The notes: generated from the sequence alone by a model not told the origin. Positions 38,250-49,470 are shown, numbered from the stretch's first letter. The stretch is 64,000 bases of DNA from an uncultured Candidatus Saccharibacteria bacterium (GCA_964620475.1 CAZUJN010000003.1:5647-69646); one strand, 5' to 3'. Numbers and translations are program-made.

Positions 38250-38951
38250 ATGAGAACAGAAACAAAAATAATCACAGCCATATTAGCATTTACAGCCATA
38301 GTCATATTTGGTGGTATATTAGTAGTTAAAAATAACTTTGCTAATCAAAATCAACCTAAAGATTATTCAAAATACATAGAAACAGGGCTAAATTTAGATA
38401 AAACTAAAATAGCTAGAGAATATAACCCTAAAATAACAGGATCTGGAAAAACTACAGCAACTACAACAATACATATAACCGAATTTTTAGATTATGAATG
38501 TCCAGCATGTGCTACAAATGGAGAAATAATCACAAAGGCTTTACTCGCAACATATGGTCCTAATATAACAATCACAAGAAAGATATTCCCTGTTCACGGT
38601 CAAGCATCTATAGATGTAGCTTCTCTAGTACTAGCATCTCAAGTTCTTGGAGGTGAAGCGTATCAAAAAATCCATACAAAAGTATATGAAGAATTCAATA
38701 ATTGGTCTATACTTGGCAAAAAAGATAAAGATGAATATTTGAAAAAACTAATCACAGGCCTAGGATATGATTATGAAAAAATATTGACTGAAAGTAAAAA
38801 TGAAAAGTATATAAAACAAATAGAACAAGATAAACAAGATGCAGTAGATCTGGGTATAAAAGCCACACCGTCATTTGTTATAGAAAATCACACACGTATC
38901 ACAGGAGGCCTACCTCTAGAAGAAATATCAAAATACATTGACGCTAAATAG
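38250..38951 (+). CDS. DsbA/BdbD-like thioredoxin-fold protein
   Basis: EFLDYECPAC and GIKATPSF; N-terminal anchor. Confidence 0.9.
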   Translation: MRTETKIITAILAFTAIVIFGGILVVKNNFANQNQPKDYSKYIETGLNLDKTKIAREYNPKITGSGKTTATTTIHITEFLDYECPACATNGEIITKALLATYGPNITITRKIFPVHGQASIDVASLVLASQVLGGEAYQKIHTKVYEEFNNWSILGKKDKDEYLKKLITGLGYDYEKILTESKNEKYIKQIEQDKQDAVDLGIKATPSFVIENHTRITGGLPLEEISKYIDAK

Positions 38952-38973
38952 TATTATCGGTTATTATTGATTC

Positions 38974-39216
38974 ATGGACATTGATAAAAACCAGACGCTC
39001 ATTAGGAGAGGTCGGTTGTTTATCTTTACAACCAAACCTCACGGATGGGAGGATTACAGATTCTGGACAGATACAGGCCAAGAGCCTTCCTATCTTCCGG
39101 TTAGACTACCAAAGATCCCACCACCGAAACCAAAAATCAAAATCTATCCTCCTGATGACCCAATGGAAAGCATTGGTTATCAGCCCAGGAGACGATCACA
39201 TGGGTCAGAAGATTAA
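38974..39216 (+). CDS. Orphan Pro-rich small protein in a GC-richer unit
   Basis: 80 aa ORF; terminator ggccccgt-aaa-acgggcc plus T-tract at about 39238-39265; a competing frame 38981-39247 exists. Confidence 0.5.
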   Translation: MDIDKNQTLIRRGRLFIFTTKPHGWEDYRFWTDTGQEPSYLPVRLPKIPPPKPKIKIYPPDDPMESIGYQPRRRSHGSED

Positions 39217-39291
39217 GTTCGATGACTACATCAATTTGGCCCCGTAAAACGGGCCATTTTCTTTTGGATAAATTAATTGTAAAATTAACAT

Positions 39292-39654
39292 ATGAATGAA
39301 AAATTTTTTGAAAGTTCAGGTGATGAACCAGATTATTATCCACCAGACCATAGAGGTCGAAAACATTTTATTAGTGGTGACAAACTACCCCAGATAGATC
39401 CAGAATCCATAAAATCATCTCCAGAACAAAAAGAAGTGTATGAATCATGGCTCAAAGATACCAAAGAAAAACTTGGTCAAATAGGAGATGAAAAATCTTT
39501 AGAACAAAAACAAAGAGAGTCCAGAGAAAGGAGTCAGCGTTTGGCTTTGATTAGAGGTATCGTTGATTTAAGTAAAAAATACGATACCAAACCACCTTCC
39601 CAAGAATCAAAACCATTAAGCCCTAGAGAAAGAGGCGAGTTACCTGATTGGTAA
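39292..39654 (+). CDS. Hypothetical protein
   Basis: 120 aa hydrophilic ORF followed by a bidirectional hairpin. Confidence 0.65.
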   Translation: MNEKFFESSGDEPDYYPPDHRGRKHFISGDKLPQIDPESIKSSPEQKEVYESWLKDTKEKLGQIGDEKSLEQKQRESRERSQRLALIRGIVDLSKKYDTKPPSQESKPLSPRERGELPDW

Positions 39655-39680
39655 AACAAAATCCCCTTATGGGGAATTTT

Positions 39681-39902
39681 TTATTTACTATTTTTAATGG
39701 CATTAAATATTGCCACTAAATCTTGCCAAACCAATATCAGCATTTCTTTTACATAAGATATAAATTCCTGAACCCATTGTTTAGCTAAAATAGCATTTAT
39801 ATCTATATCCAAAAACTTTAATAATATAAGAGCGACCAAAATAATCACAATCAACTCAAGAAATCCTTTTTGTTTATTTTGTTGTAATCTATTTCTCATC
39901 AT
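39681..39902 (-). CDS. Small membrane protein with prepilin-like N-terminus
   Basis: KQKGFLELIVIILVALILL; overlaps the asnB stop. Confidence 0.6.
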   Translation of the reverse strand: MMRNRLQQNKQKGFLELIVIILVALILLKFLDIDINAILAKQWVQEFISYVKEMLILVWQDLVAIFNAIKNSK

Positions 39903-41784
39903 TTATAAAAGTATTATACCATAGAGACAACATTAATAAAGTAAATATTCTTCTGCCTATAAATTTATCTTTTAAATTATTCTTGTTAAATAATTTTTCA
40001 ACATATTTTATATTACAAATATCATTTATGAGCTTATTTTCCAACACTATTTTACGAACATGATCAGAATCTTTTTGTAACCATATATGCCATGGGGTTG
40101 GAAAACCAAGTTTTGGTCTATCTTTTGTTTTCTTAGGAATATCTTGCGAAAATGCATCACGTAATATTTTTTTAGTTATACCATTTTCATATTTCCATTC
40201 ATCTTTTAATCCAATAGCAACCTTAGAAACCTCTATATCAAGAAAAGGCACACGAAGCTCTAGTGAATTGGCCATTGTCATCTTATCTGCTTTTTGTAAT
40301 ATATCTCCCCTCATCCAATTATGTATATCTACGAATTGCATATACTCAGATTCTGTCAATTTTGATAAATCCTGATCTTGTAAGTCTAATTTCTTTGTCA
40401 AGTCTTGACTTTGATAGTCTTTAAATAAAAGCTTCTTCTCCTTCTCTTTAAAAAGATTAGCATTACCTATATATCTATCTTGTACGGGGGTTAGAGCACG
40501 ATTCAAAAATGACACACCAGGAAAATTTTCTAAAAATGGAAATAATTTTACCTTAAAGTTCACTATAGCAAGCATAGGTCTTAAAAAATATTTTTTAAAC
40601 CACTCTGGCTGTGTAGATATAAGTTGTATATAACGATTATGAGGTTCTTCATAAATACCGTATCCACCAAACAATTCATCAGCTCCTTCTCCTGACATAA
40701 CAACTTTAACCTCTTTAGCAACTTCACGAGATAAAAGATATAAAGATATAGCTGAAGGATCTGCCACAGGTTCATCTAGATGCCAAACACATTTTTTTAA
40801 CGATTCAAAATAATCATCAAAAGTAACAATAATCTCTTTATGATCTGTTTTTAGAAAATCAGCATATTCTTTTACATCTTCTATCTCTGATTTTATATCT
40901 TTAAAACCTATAGTAAAAGTTTTCAAGTTCAGAGATTGATTTTTCATCTCTTGTTGTGCCAATAAGGCTATAATAGATGAATCAACTCCTGATGATAAAA
41001 AAGAAGCTACAGGCACATCTGCTATCATATGATGTTTTACAGAATCAATCAAAACATCTTTGATATCTAATCTGGTTTTTTCATAATCAGTATTCCTATC
41101 CGGTAAAAAATTCCATTGCCAATATTTAACTATATTGTATTTAGATGTATTTAAATCTATTTCTAAATAATGCCCGGGAGATAATTTGAAAATATTTTTA
41201 AAAAATGTTTCTTGGTTTGGATTATATTGAAAAGAAACATAATCATATATATATGATTTATTAATTTCTCTTTTTATATTCTGGTCTTCAAGTATGGATT
41301 TTATTTCTGAAGCAAAAGAAGTTATCTTTCCATTATCTAAATGATAATAAAGTGGTTTGATACCAAAGTTATCACGAACTATAAAAAGTCTGTCTGATTT
41401 TTTATCATATATAGAAAATGCAAACATACCGCGAAGTCTTTGTGGTAAAGATACCCCCCACTCTTCATATCCATGAACTAAAACCTCTGTATCACTATGG
41501 GTTTTAAAAATATGACCCTTATGCTCTAATTCAGCACGAAGCTCGAGATGATTATATATTTCACCATTAAAAACAACTGTAACAATGTCGTCTTCATTTG
41601 ATATAGGCTGCTTGCCTGCAGCTATATCAATGATGGATAAACGCCTCATACCCATAGAGAAAGTCTCAGCATAGAATGTGCCATCATCATCTGGTCCTCG
41701 ATGAGTGATGATGTCTAAAGATCTCTTTAAAAGCCCTTTATCTTGAGAGTTTTGATAATTTATAAAGCCAGATATTCCACACAT
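39889..41784 (-). CDS. asnB: Asparagine synthase (glutamine-hydrolysing) family amidotransferase
   Basis: MCGI, HRGPD, FNGEIYN, SSGVDSS, SGEGADELFGGY and LELRVPFLD. Confidence 0.93.
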   Translation of the reverse strand: MCGISGFINYQNSQDKGLLKRSLDIITHRGPDDDGTFYAETFSMGMRRLSIIDIAAGKQPISNEDDIVTVVFNGEIYNHLELRAELEHKGHIFKTHSDTEVLVHGYEEWGVSLPQRLRGMFAFSIYDKKSDRLFIVRDNFGIKPLYYHLDNGKITSFASEIKSILEDQNIKREINKSYIYDYVSFQYNPNQETFFKNIFKLSPGHYLEIDLNTSKYNIVKYWQWNFLPDRNTDYEKTRLDIKDVLIDSVKHHMIADVPVASFLSSGVDSSIIALLAQQEMKNQSLNLKTFTIGFKDIKSEIEDVKEYADFLKTDHKEIIVTFDDYFESLKKCVWHLDEPVADPSAISLYLLSREVAKEVKVVMSGEGADELFGGYGIYEEPHNRYIQLISTQPEWFKKYFLRPMLAIVNFKVKLFPFLENFPGVSFLNRALTPVQDRYIGNANLFKEKEKKLLFKDYQSQDLTKKLDLQDQDLSKLTESEYMQFVDIHNWMRGDILQKADKMTMANSLELRVPFLDIEVSKVAIGLKDEWKYENGITKKILRDAFSQDIPKKTKDRPKLGFPTPWHIWLQKDSDHVRKIVLENKLINDICNIKYVEKLFNKNNLKDKFIGRRIFTLLMLSLWYNTFINDEK

Positions 41785-41850
41785 ATGAGGTATATAATAA
41801 CAAAAAAACCGAGATTTATCATCTCGATTTTTTGTATGTGATATTTAAAT

Positions 41851-43743
41851 TTATTCTTTCACTTCCGCATCCTTTATATCACCCTCAGGTGCTTGACCTC
41901 CCTCTTGACTTGGACCAGCTTCCGGACCGGGTTGTGCAGCCCCTGATTTTGCTATCTCATCATGAACTTTTCCAAGTTCTGTAGACAAAGCATCTGTATC
42001 TGTTTTTATAGCCTCCAAATCATCTTTATCTTTTGTAAGTCGGAGTGCACCTATCTTAGTTTCAACCGAAGCAACAAGTTCAGCTGATAATTTATCTTTA
42101 TTTTCTCTTATAGTTTTTTCTGCTGTATATATAGCTTGATCAGCAGTATTTCTAGCATCTATAATCTCTTTTTTCTTTTTATCGTCAGCATCATGCATCT
42201 CGGCATCCTTTTTCATACGCTCTATATCATCTTGTGAAAGACCTGTATTTGCCTCTATACGTATAGTTTGTTCTTTACCTGAAGCTTTATCTTTGGCCTT
42301 AACGTTTAAGATACCGTTGGCATCTATATCGAAAGTAACTTCTACTTGTGGTATACCACGTGGCGCAGGTGGAATACCATCTAATATAAATCTTCCCAGA
42401 GACTTGTTATCCGCAGCCATAGCTCTTTCACCTTGAACTATATGTATCTCTACAGAAGTTTGATTGTCAGCTGCTGTTGAGAATACTTGCGAACGTGATG
42501 TTGGTATAGTTGTATTTTTCTCTACTAGATGTGTAGCAACACCTCCCATAGTTTCTATACCAAGTGAAAGTGGTATAACATCAAGAAGAAGTATATCTTT
42601 AACATCACCTGCCAATATACCACCTTGTACTGCAGCACCTAGGGCCACAACTTCATCTGGGTTTATTGATTGATTTGGTTCACGACCAAAAAGTTCTTTT
42701 ACAACTTCTTTGATCTTTGGCATACGAGTTTGACCACCTACTAGTATAACCTCTTGTATATCAGCTATCTTAAACGGTGACGCTTCTATAGCTCTTTTTG
42801 TTATCTGTATAGCTCTTGTGATAAACTCATCTGCAAGTTCTTCAAGTTTTGCACGAGTCATTTTCAAAACAAGATGTTTTGGACCTGTTGCATCTGAAGT
42901 TATGAAAGGAATATTTATCTCTGTTTCAACAGCTGATGAAAGCTCTATCTTTGCTTTTTCTGCTGCCTCATCAAGCCTTTGTAATGCTAGAGGGTCATTT
43001 CTAACATCTATACCTGATTCTTTTTTGAATTCATCGGCAATCCAGTGAATAATCTTTTGATCTATATCTTTTCCTCCAAGGTGAGCATCTCCATCTGTTG
43101 ATTTTACTTCAACTATATCTGCACCGACTTCAAGTATAGAGATATCAAAGGTACCACCACCAAAATCGAATACCGCTATCTTCTCATCTGCTTTTTTGTT
43201 GAATCCATATGCAAGAGCAGCAGCTGTTGGTTCATTGATAATACGTTTTACATCAAGACCCGCTATACGACCTGCATCTTTTGTAGCCTGTCTTTGTGCA
43301 TCATTGAAATATGCAGGAACTGTAATAACAGCCTCTGTTATCTTCTCACCTATACGAGCTTCGGCATCATTTTTCAGTTTTGTAAGTATCATAGCCGATA
43401 TTTCTTCAGGTGTATAAACCTTATCAGCCATAGTTATACCAACTCCACCATTTTCAGTTTTTGAAATAGCAAAAGGCACAGAATCTTTATCTTTTTGTAC
43501 TGCATTTTCGTCAAATGAGTGACCGATAAATCTTTTTATACCGAAAACAGTGTTCTTTGGATTTGTAACACCTTGTCTTTTTGCAAGCAAACCAACCAAT
43601 CTTTCATTTGTCTTAGATATAGCAACTATAGAAGGGGTTGTACGTGCGCCTTCTGCATTTTCTAAAATCTTTGGCTCACCTACTTCCATAATAGCTATAG
43701 CTGAGTTTGTTGTTCCTAAATCGATTCCTAATATTTTTGCCAT
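41851..43743 (-). CDS. dnaK: Chaperone DnaK
   Basis: [17 protein letters not shown] and DFGGGTFD. Confidence 0.98.
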   Translation of the reverse strand: MAKILGIDLGTTNSAIAIMEVGEPKILENAEGARTTPSIVAISKTNERLVGLLAKRQGVTNPKNTVFGIKRFIGHSFDENAVQKDKDSVPFAISKTENGGVGITMADKVYTPEEISAMILTKLKNDAEARIGEKITEAVITVPAYFNDAQRQATKDAGRIAGLDVKRIINEPTAAALAYGFNKKADEKIAVFDFGGGTFDISILEVGADIVEVKSTDGDAHLGGKDIDQKIIHWIADEFKKESGIDVRNDPLALQRLDEAAEKAKIELSSAVETEINIPFITSDATGPKHLVLKMTRAKLEELADEFITRAIQITKRAIEASPFKIADIQEVILVGGQTRMPKIKEVVKELFGREPNQSINPDEVVALGAAVQGGILAGDVKDILLLDVIPLSLGIETMGGVATHLVEKNTTIPTSRSQVFSTAADNQTSVEIHIVQGERAMAADNKSLGRFILDGIPPAPRGIPQVEVTFDIDANGILNVKAKDKASGKEQTIRIEANTGLSQDDIERMKKDAEMHDADDKKKKEIIDARNTADQAIYTAEKTIRENKDKLSAELVASVETKIGALRLTKDKDDLEAIKTDTDALSTELGKVHDEIAKSGAAQPGPEAGPSQEGGQAPEGDIKDAEVKE

Positions 43744-43822
43744 ATTGTTATTATTTTATATTATTTTTTAAATAAATTATTTATATATTTTTATTATACA
43801 GGGGTTGTCAAGTCCTATAAAA

Positions 43823-44425
43823 TTATTCAAAATGATATACCTTTACCAAGGCCGCCCTTATAACCTTATCATGCATCTTATAACCTTTTTGCATCACAAT
43901 AGCCACCTTGTGATCTTTATCTTTTTCGGTAGTTATCTCTTGTCCCAAGGCTTCATATATATTTGGGTCAAAATCATCTCCTTGAGCCCCATAAGCCTCT
44001 ACACCGGCTTTTTGTAACGCTCCGTATACTTTGTCTATAATAGCCTCTATACCCTTTCTCCAGGCCTCATCTACCCCCAACCATGATGGTTGTTGTTTGG
44101 CTTGTTCATAACCATCTATTATTGGTAATAAATCATTTATAAGAACTTGATTAGCAAACTTTATTACATCAGCCTTTGTTTCCTCGTCACGACGTCTAGC
44201 GTTTATAAATTCAGCTTTATCTTTTTGCCAATTTGTAAGCAAATCAGTCTTATCTTTTTTAAGTTGTTTGATCTCATCTTTAAGCTTTTTTATGTATGCT
44301 TTTGGGTTTTCTGTTTCTTCTTCGGAAACTATATCATCATCTAAAATCACCTCTTCATTTTCTATATCTTTATTCAAATCCTCTTCTAAATCTATTGTTA
44401 CATCATCATTATTATCGTTGTTCAT
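43823..44425 (-). CDS. grpE: Nucleotide exchange factor GrpE
   Basis: AEFINARRR, FDPNIYEA and QKGYKMHDKVIRAALVKV; adjacent to dnaK. Confidence 0.95.
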   Translation of the reverse strand: MNNDNNDDVTIDLEEDLNKDIENEEVILDDDIVSEEETENPKAYIKKLKDEIKQLKKDKTDLLTNWQKDKAEFINARRRDEETKADVIKFANQVLINDLLPIIDGYEQAKQQPSWLGVDEAWRKGIEAIIDKVYGALQKAGVEAYGAQGDDFDPNIYEALGQEITTEKDKDHKVAIVMQKGYKMHDKVIRAALVKVYHFE

Positions 44426-44497
44426 AGGCCTTATTATATACGTAAAAAAGAAAAAATACATTGTCGAATGTATTTTTTTCTTGTGTAATTGTATGAA

Positions 44498-44905
44498 TTA
44501 ACGCTTTGACCATTGTTTACTCTTACGAGCTTTCTTAAGACCGAATTTACGTCTTTCTTTAGCACGACCATCACGAGTTAGAAATCCTTCTTTTTTCAAA
44601 GCTGTGTGAAGTTCTTGATCAAAAACTTCTAGGGCACGAGCAAGACCTAATCTTATAGCTTCTGCTTGACCATTTATACCACCACCTGATACTTTAACTG
44701 TTATTTCAAAAGATTTATCTGGTGCTGTTTTTACAAGAGATTCTATAGATGTATCTTGTAATTCTTTTGTTTTAAAATAATCTGTATGTGGTTTTTCATT
44801 TACTACAACAGAGTTTTTTGAAGCTGGTGTTATACGTACACGAGCTGAAGATGTTTTTCTTCTTCCTACTGCTTCATAATATTTTGATGTTGATTTTGTT
44901 GCCAT
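44498..44905 (-). CDS. rpsI: 30S ribosomal protein S9
   Basis: GRRKTSSARV and ERRKFGLKKARKSKQWSKR. Confidence 0.98.
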   Translation of the reverse strand: MATKSTSKYYEAVGRRKTSSARVRITPASKNSVVVNEKPHTDYFKTKELQDTSIESLVKTAPDKSFEITVKVSGGGINGQAEAIRLGLARALEVFDQELHTALKKEGFLTRDGRAKERRKFGLKKARKSKQWSKR

Positions 44906-44919
44906 ATAATATTTTTATC

Positions 44920-45264
44920 TTATTTCTTTATTTCTATATTTAAAAGCATTCTATCTCTAAGTTTGTTCTTTGGTAACATTCTTGAAACGGCTCTTTTGAT
45001 TATTTCTTCAGGACCTTTTCTCATCAATAGACGACCTAAAAATTCTTTCTTTTGACCACCTGGAAAACCTGAATAATTTAGATAATATTTTTGATCTTTC
45101 TTTTTATCTTCTATATCCATTTGATCTGCATTTTCAACCACAACTGTAACATCAGCTACTGTATTTTTTGCAAAATTAACTGAATTTTTACCCATAAGAA
45201 CAATAGCTATTTCTGAAGCTAATTTTCCTAATCTTTTATTTTTTGCGTCTATTGTATGTTTCAT
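44920..45264 (-). CDS. rplM: 50S ribosomal protein L13
   Basis: IDAKNKRLGKLAS, YSGFPGG and MLPKNKL. Confidence 0.96.
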   Translation of the reverse strand: MKHTIDAKNKRLGKLASEIAIVLMGKNSVNFAKNTVADVTVVVENADQMDIEDKKKDQKYYLNYSGFPGGQKKEFLGRLLMRKGPEEIIKRAVSRMLPKNKLRDRMLLNIEIKK

Positions 45265-45286
45265 CTGTTTATTATTATTTTGTAAA

Positions 45287-45637
45287 TTATACTAATTCTA
45301 TTATTGCCATTTCAGCACCATCTGTTTGTCTTGGTCCTACTTTAACTATTCTTGTGTATCCACCGTTTCTATCCATGTATTTTGGAGCTATTTCAGCAAA
45401 TAATTTACCAACTATTTCATTGTTACCCATTCTTCTTGATACATCACGTCTTGAGGCCACAGAATCAACTCTAGCTTTAGTTATAAAATCTTCTGCATAT
45501 GGTCTAGCTTCTTTAGCTTTTGCTAAAGTTGTTTGTATTTTACCATGTAAAAATAACTCTCTTACCAAAGATCTTAGTAATGCTCTTCTCTGATTTCTAC
45601 TTCTACTAAATTTTCTGTTTGCGTTGTGATGTCTCAT
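45287..45637 (-). CDS. rplQ: 50S ribosomal protein L17
   Basis: MRHH, IQTTLAKAKE and RNGGYTRI. Confidence 0.98.
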   Translation of the reverse strand: MRHHNANRKFSRSRNQRRALLRSLVRELFLHGKIQTTLAKAKEARPYAEDFITKARVDSVASRRDVSRRMGNNEIVGKLFAEIAPKYMDRNGGYTRIVKVGPRQTDGAEMAIIELV

Positions 45638-45678
45638 AGTTTTGTAAATATAACTTAAAAATTGTTAAAAATCAAGGC

Positions 45679-46653
45679 TTATTCTTTTATTGATAAATCA
45701 AATTTTGCTAATATCTCTTTTAATTCATCAAGGCCTTTTTTGCCCATACCGTCTATATCGAGTAAATCTTTTTCTTTCTTTCTTATAAGACCCCCAATAG
45801 TTCTGATATTTGCTTCAATCAAAGCATTAATAGTTCTTTGACTAATATCCAATGATTCTATACGAGTCTTTAGAACATCATCCATAACATCTTTATCAAG
45901 TTTATTATCTGATGAATCCTTAACCTCTTCTTTAACTAATTCTACCTCTTTAACTTCTTCCACATCTTGAAAATCGATGATAGCTTTAAGTTGATGTATC
46001 ATTATCTCTATTGATTTCTCTAATGCTTCTTTTGGAGTTATAGAACCATCTGTTTCTATATTTAGAACAAGTCTATTAAAATCTGTTCTGTCGCCAACAC
46101 GCATTTGTTCAACATCATAAGATACATTAACTATTGGTGAGAATGAAGCATCTAAAGCTATAGTCTCAACAGGCACTCTCTCTTTTTGTAATACCTCACG
46201 AGATACATATCCTATACCGTTTGATACTGTTATTTCCATCTGTAGAACAGCATCTGATTCTGTGATGGTCGCTATATGTTGATCAGGAGTAAGTATTTCA
46301 ACTTGACCAGCAACATCTATATCAGACGCTACAACATCACCAACACCCTTTTTCTTCAAAGTTAATACAACTTCATCACCAGAAAGTATATTAAACTTAA
46401 TTTTTTTCAAGTTTAATATCATAGATATAACATCTTCTTTTACACCTTTGATAGTTGAGAATTCGTGTGGTATACCAGCTATTTTAATAGATGTTATAGC
46501 AGCACCAGGAAGTGAAGATAATATTATACGTCTAAGTGAGTTACCAAGTGTATGTCCATAACCTGGATACAAACCACCTATTTCATAACTACCTTTATTA
46601 CCAGATTCTTTAATAATTTTTGGTTTTGACGGTGAGACTATTGATGTGTTCAT
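45679..46653 (-). CDS. rpoA: RNA polymerase alpha subunit
   Basis: GYGHTLGNSLRRIILSSLPG, HEFSTI, alpha-CTD. Confidence 0.98.
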   Translation of the reverse strand: MNTSIVSPSKPKIIKESGNKGSYEIGGLYPGYGHTLGNSLRRIILSSLPGAAITSIKIAGIPHEFSTIKGVKEDVISMILNLKKIKFNILSGDEVVLTLKKKGVGDVVASDIDVAGQVEILTPDQHIATITESDAVLQMEITVSNGIGYVSREVLQKERVPVETIALDASFSPIVNVSYDVEQMRVGDRTDFNRLVLNIETDGSITPKEALEKSIEIMIHQLKAIIDFQDVEEVKEVELVKEEVKDSSDNKLDKDVMDDVLKTRIESLDISQRTINALIEANIRTIGGLIRKKEKDLLDIDGMGKKGLDELKEILAKFDLSIKE

Positions 46654-46689
46654 ATTTTTTATTTTATATTTGTTAATAATTAATAATGA

Positions 46690-47298
46690 CTATCTCTTAG
46701 CGAACTCTATCACTTGACCCAAATCAAATAATACTTCTTGACCTTCTAATGTAGGGAATTTCACCATTTTTCCACTCATTTTATCTAAATCAAATGATAG
46801 CCAATTTGGCGCTGTGTAGTTTTTGTGTATATCAGCCAAATCTTTAAAAGCTTTTGTATTTTTACTTCCTTCACGAACAGATATAACATCTCCCTCTTTA
46901 ACAATAGTTGATGGTATTGTGTTTTTAACTCCATTTAAAGTTATATGACCATGAGAAACTAATTGTCTAGCAAATCTTCTAGTATTAGCTAAACCTAGTC
47001 TGTACACAACATTATCTAATCTTGTTTCTAGTTTTTTATATAATTCTTCTGAACCATGAACTGTTTTAGAATCAATAACTTCTTTAATATATTTACCAAA
47101 TTGCTTTGCGGTTATACCATATGTAAATCTAGCTTTTTGTTTTTCTATAAGCTGAAGACCGTATGAACTTCTATTTTTTGAACCTTTTTTGTTTTTAGAA
47201 CTAGCCTCCATTTTTACTCTAAACTTTTGTGTTTGAGTTTTTTCAAACACAGGAGCTCCTAGTCTTTTAGCTATTTTAAATTTTGGACCGATTTTCAT
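46690..47298 (-). CDS. rpsD: 30S ribosomal protein S4
   Basis: YGLQLIEKQK, LETRLDNVVYRLG and ARQLVSHGH. Confidence 0.97.
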   Translation of the reverse strand: MKIGPKFKIAKRLGAPVFEKTQTQKFRVKMEASSKNKKGSKNRSSYGLQLIEKQKARFTYGITAKQFGKYIKEVIDSKTVHGSEELYKKLETRLDNVVYRLGLANTRRFARQLVSHGHITLNGVKNTIPSTIVKEGDVISVREGSKNTKAFKDLADIHKNYTAPNWLSFDLDKMSGKMVKFPTLEGQEVLFDLGQVIEFAKR

Positions 47299-47342
47299 AT
47301 TTTTAAAATTATTTCTATTATTGAATTATTGATTATTAAATA

Positions 47343-47756
47343 TTATATTCTTCTTGGCTTCTTAGGCTTTGGACCATTATGAGGTACTGGGGTTCTATCC
47401 TTAATACTATCTATAGATATACCTTTTGAAATAAAAGATCTTACAACTGACTCACGACCTGATCCAGTTCCTTTTATTACAACACCTATCTCTTTCACAC
47501 CCATAAGTATAGCTTTATCGGCTAATACTTCACCGATCTTTGCGGCTGCGAAAGGTGTACCTTTCTTAGCACCATTAAAACCTAATGATCCTGATGATGA
47601 AGATGCTACAGGATTACCTTTTTCATCTGTTAGAACAGCTTTTGTGTTGTTGTATGTTGATTGAATATTTAAAATAGCAAATGCCATTTTTTTCTTACTC
47701 AATTTATTTGAAGACTTAGAATCTTTTGCTGATTTTTTGATTGTTTGTTTTGCCAT
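47343..47756 (-). CDS. rpsK: 30S ribosomal protein S11
   Basis: STYNNT, KKGTPFAA and TPVPHNG. Confidence 0.97.
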   Translation of the reverse strand: MAKQTIKKSAKDSKSSNKLSKKKMAFAILNIQSTYNNTKAVLTDEKGNPVASSSSGSLGFNGAKKGTPFAAAKIGEVLADKAILMGVKEIGVVIKGTGSGRESVVRSFISKGISIDSIKDRTPVPHNGPKPKKPRRI

Positions 47757-47775
47757 AATATTATAATTTTAAATT

Positions 47776-48153
47776 TTATTTCTTACTATCTTTTTTCTTA
47801 CCAGAACCCATAGTCTTTTTAACACCCTTTAGAGTACGAGCGTTTGTTTTTGTTCTTTGACCACGAACAGGTAATTTTCTAGCATGTCTAACACCACGAT
47901 AAGCTTTAATATCTTTTAATCTTTTAATATTTGTTCCTATCTCTCTTTTAAGATCGGCCTCAAGTTTAAAGGCTTCAACCTCTGTACGAATTTTATTTTC
48001 TTCATCAGCTGTTAAATCTTTTGGCTTTACACCGTAGTCAATACCAGCCTTATCTAGGATAAGATGAGCTCTTGATCTACCTATACCATAAATGGCTGTT
48101 AAGGCCATTTCTATTCTTTGATTATCATTAAGATTGATACCTAATATACGCAT
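47776..48153 (-). CDS. rpsM: 30S ribosomal protein S13
   Basis: ALTAIYGIG, YRGVRH and LPVRGQRTKTNART. Confidence 0.98.
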   Translation of the reverse strand: MRILGINLNDNQRIEMALTAIYGIGRSRAHLILDKAGIDYGVKPKDLTADEENKIRTEVEAFKLEADLKREIGTNIKRLKDIKAYRGVRHARKLPVRGQRTKTNARTLKGVKKTMGSGKKKDSKK

Positions 48154-48234
48154 GAAATTTGTTTGAAATGTGTGATTTTTATTAATTAATTATTAGTAAG
48201 AAAAGCATAGCATAAAACCCCTTGATAATCAAGT

Positions 48235-49287
48235 TTATTTTTGCTCTATTACATGATACTTGCCAGAAGAATCCTTTTTAAAGGCATTTGAGTTTTGTAA
48301 ATTAACTAATATAGTATTTTCTTTTACATATCTCTCCTTCATAACTTTATCAAATATCTCTTCTCTGGTCATAGGGCCGTATTTATTTAAAACCTTTATT
48401 ATAACGTCTTTTACTACCCCTGAAACATAGCCCCACTCTGCTAAAGCATATAGACCACGTCCAACCAATACAAAACGATCATCTTTTATAAGCTCATTAT
48501 GTGTTGTAGCTTCATGAGCTCTTTTACCAAATACGTTTTGTATAAGTTTGGCTATTTCTTTAAAGTGTACAGGTGATCCATGCTTTCTCATGGCTAGATA
48601 TGCATAATCTCTAATACCCTTAACCTTAACATTGGTTGATGCTGCTTTACCCCACTCTCCTAATGGGTTTTTATCTATATGTTTAGATATACGCAACCAT
48701 CTCTTTGATATCTCCTCATTTTTAAGCTCTTCTGACACATCCTTTATATTATCCATAAAAGCTTTTATCATCTCATTCTCAGGTATCAATGAATTATCAT
48801 CAAGATTTGAATAAAGCTTTCTTAAGGCTTCATGTATCTTTTTTGATAAATCATTATCCACATGCCATCTATGATGAAATTCATCAGTTTCTTTCTCTTT
48901 TTTAAATTGATCGCCTATAATCAATAAAAAGTGAAAATGATTTTGTGTAGATTTATCGCGTGACAAATGACTTAATAGGTCATGTTCGGCCACAATACCT
49001 CCAAGTTTTTTTACATATAGAGCAAGCTCTTCAAAAACATGAGCCTCCTCTTTAAAAGCTTGTGACTTTCTAATAGTTATAACTGAGTTAGCCTCTATCT
49101 GTCTAACTCTTTCTCTTGTTATATCATAGGTCTCACCAATAGCTTCAAGTGTCATCTTTTCTGTATTTCTATCCAATCCGAAACGATGAGCTAAGATAAC
49201 TCTTGAGCGCTCAGGTATAGCACCTAATAATTTTTTTGTAACATTCTTCACCTTAAATGAGAATGTTGGGGTTGAAGTATTAGCCAT
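48235..49287 (-). CDS. Sigma-70 region-4 domain protein with C-terminal winged-HTH-like domains
   Basis: RFGL and TLEAIGETYDITRERVRQIE; HNELIKDDRFVLVGRGLYALAEWG. Confidence 0.8.
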   Translation of the reverse strand: MANTSTPTFSFKVKNVTKKLLGAIPERSRVILAHRFGLDRNTEKMTLEAIGETYDITRERVRQIEANSVITIRKSQAFKEEAHVFEELALYVKKLGGIVAEHDLLSHLSRDKSTQNHFHFLLIIGDQFKKEKETDEFHHRWHVDNDLSKKIHEALRKLYSNLDDNSLIPENEMIKAFMDNIKDVSEELKNEEISKRWLRISKHIDKNPLGEWGKAASTNVKVKGIRDYAYLAMRKHGSPVHFKEIAKLIQNVFGKRAHEATTHNELIKDDRFVLVGRGLYALAEWGYVSGVVKDVIIKVLNKYGPMTREEIFDKVMKERYVKENTILVNLQNSNAFKKDSSGKYHVIEQK

Positions 49288-49397
49288 ATGTGTTTTATAT
49301 TTTTATCATGTTTGTTGATATAAGTCAAATATTAGTCAAGTATATTGTCAAGGACACAAGGGGTTTAATATTATAGGACATTATTCACTGATATAAA

Positions 49398-49441
49398 TAT
49401 AAAAGACATTGTTTTAGCCTTATTTAACAATGTCTTTTATA
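49398..49441. repeat. Perfect 16-bp inverted repeat between rpmJ and the sigma4 protein gene
   Basis: tataaaagacattgtt (49398-49413) / aacaatgtcttttata (49426-49441). Confidence 0.7.
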
Positions 49442-49470
49442 AATATGTCTTATAAACAAAAACAAGGTTT

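Noticed and set aside
39889-41784. AsnB as a lasso-peptide cyclase
   Set aside because: Intact N-terminal Cys glutaminase domain and no adjacent B protein or precursor
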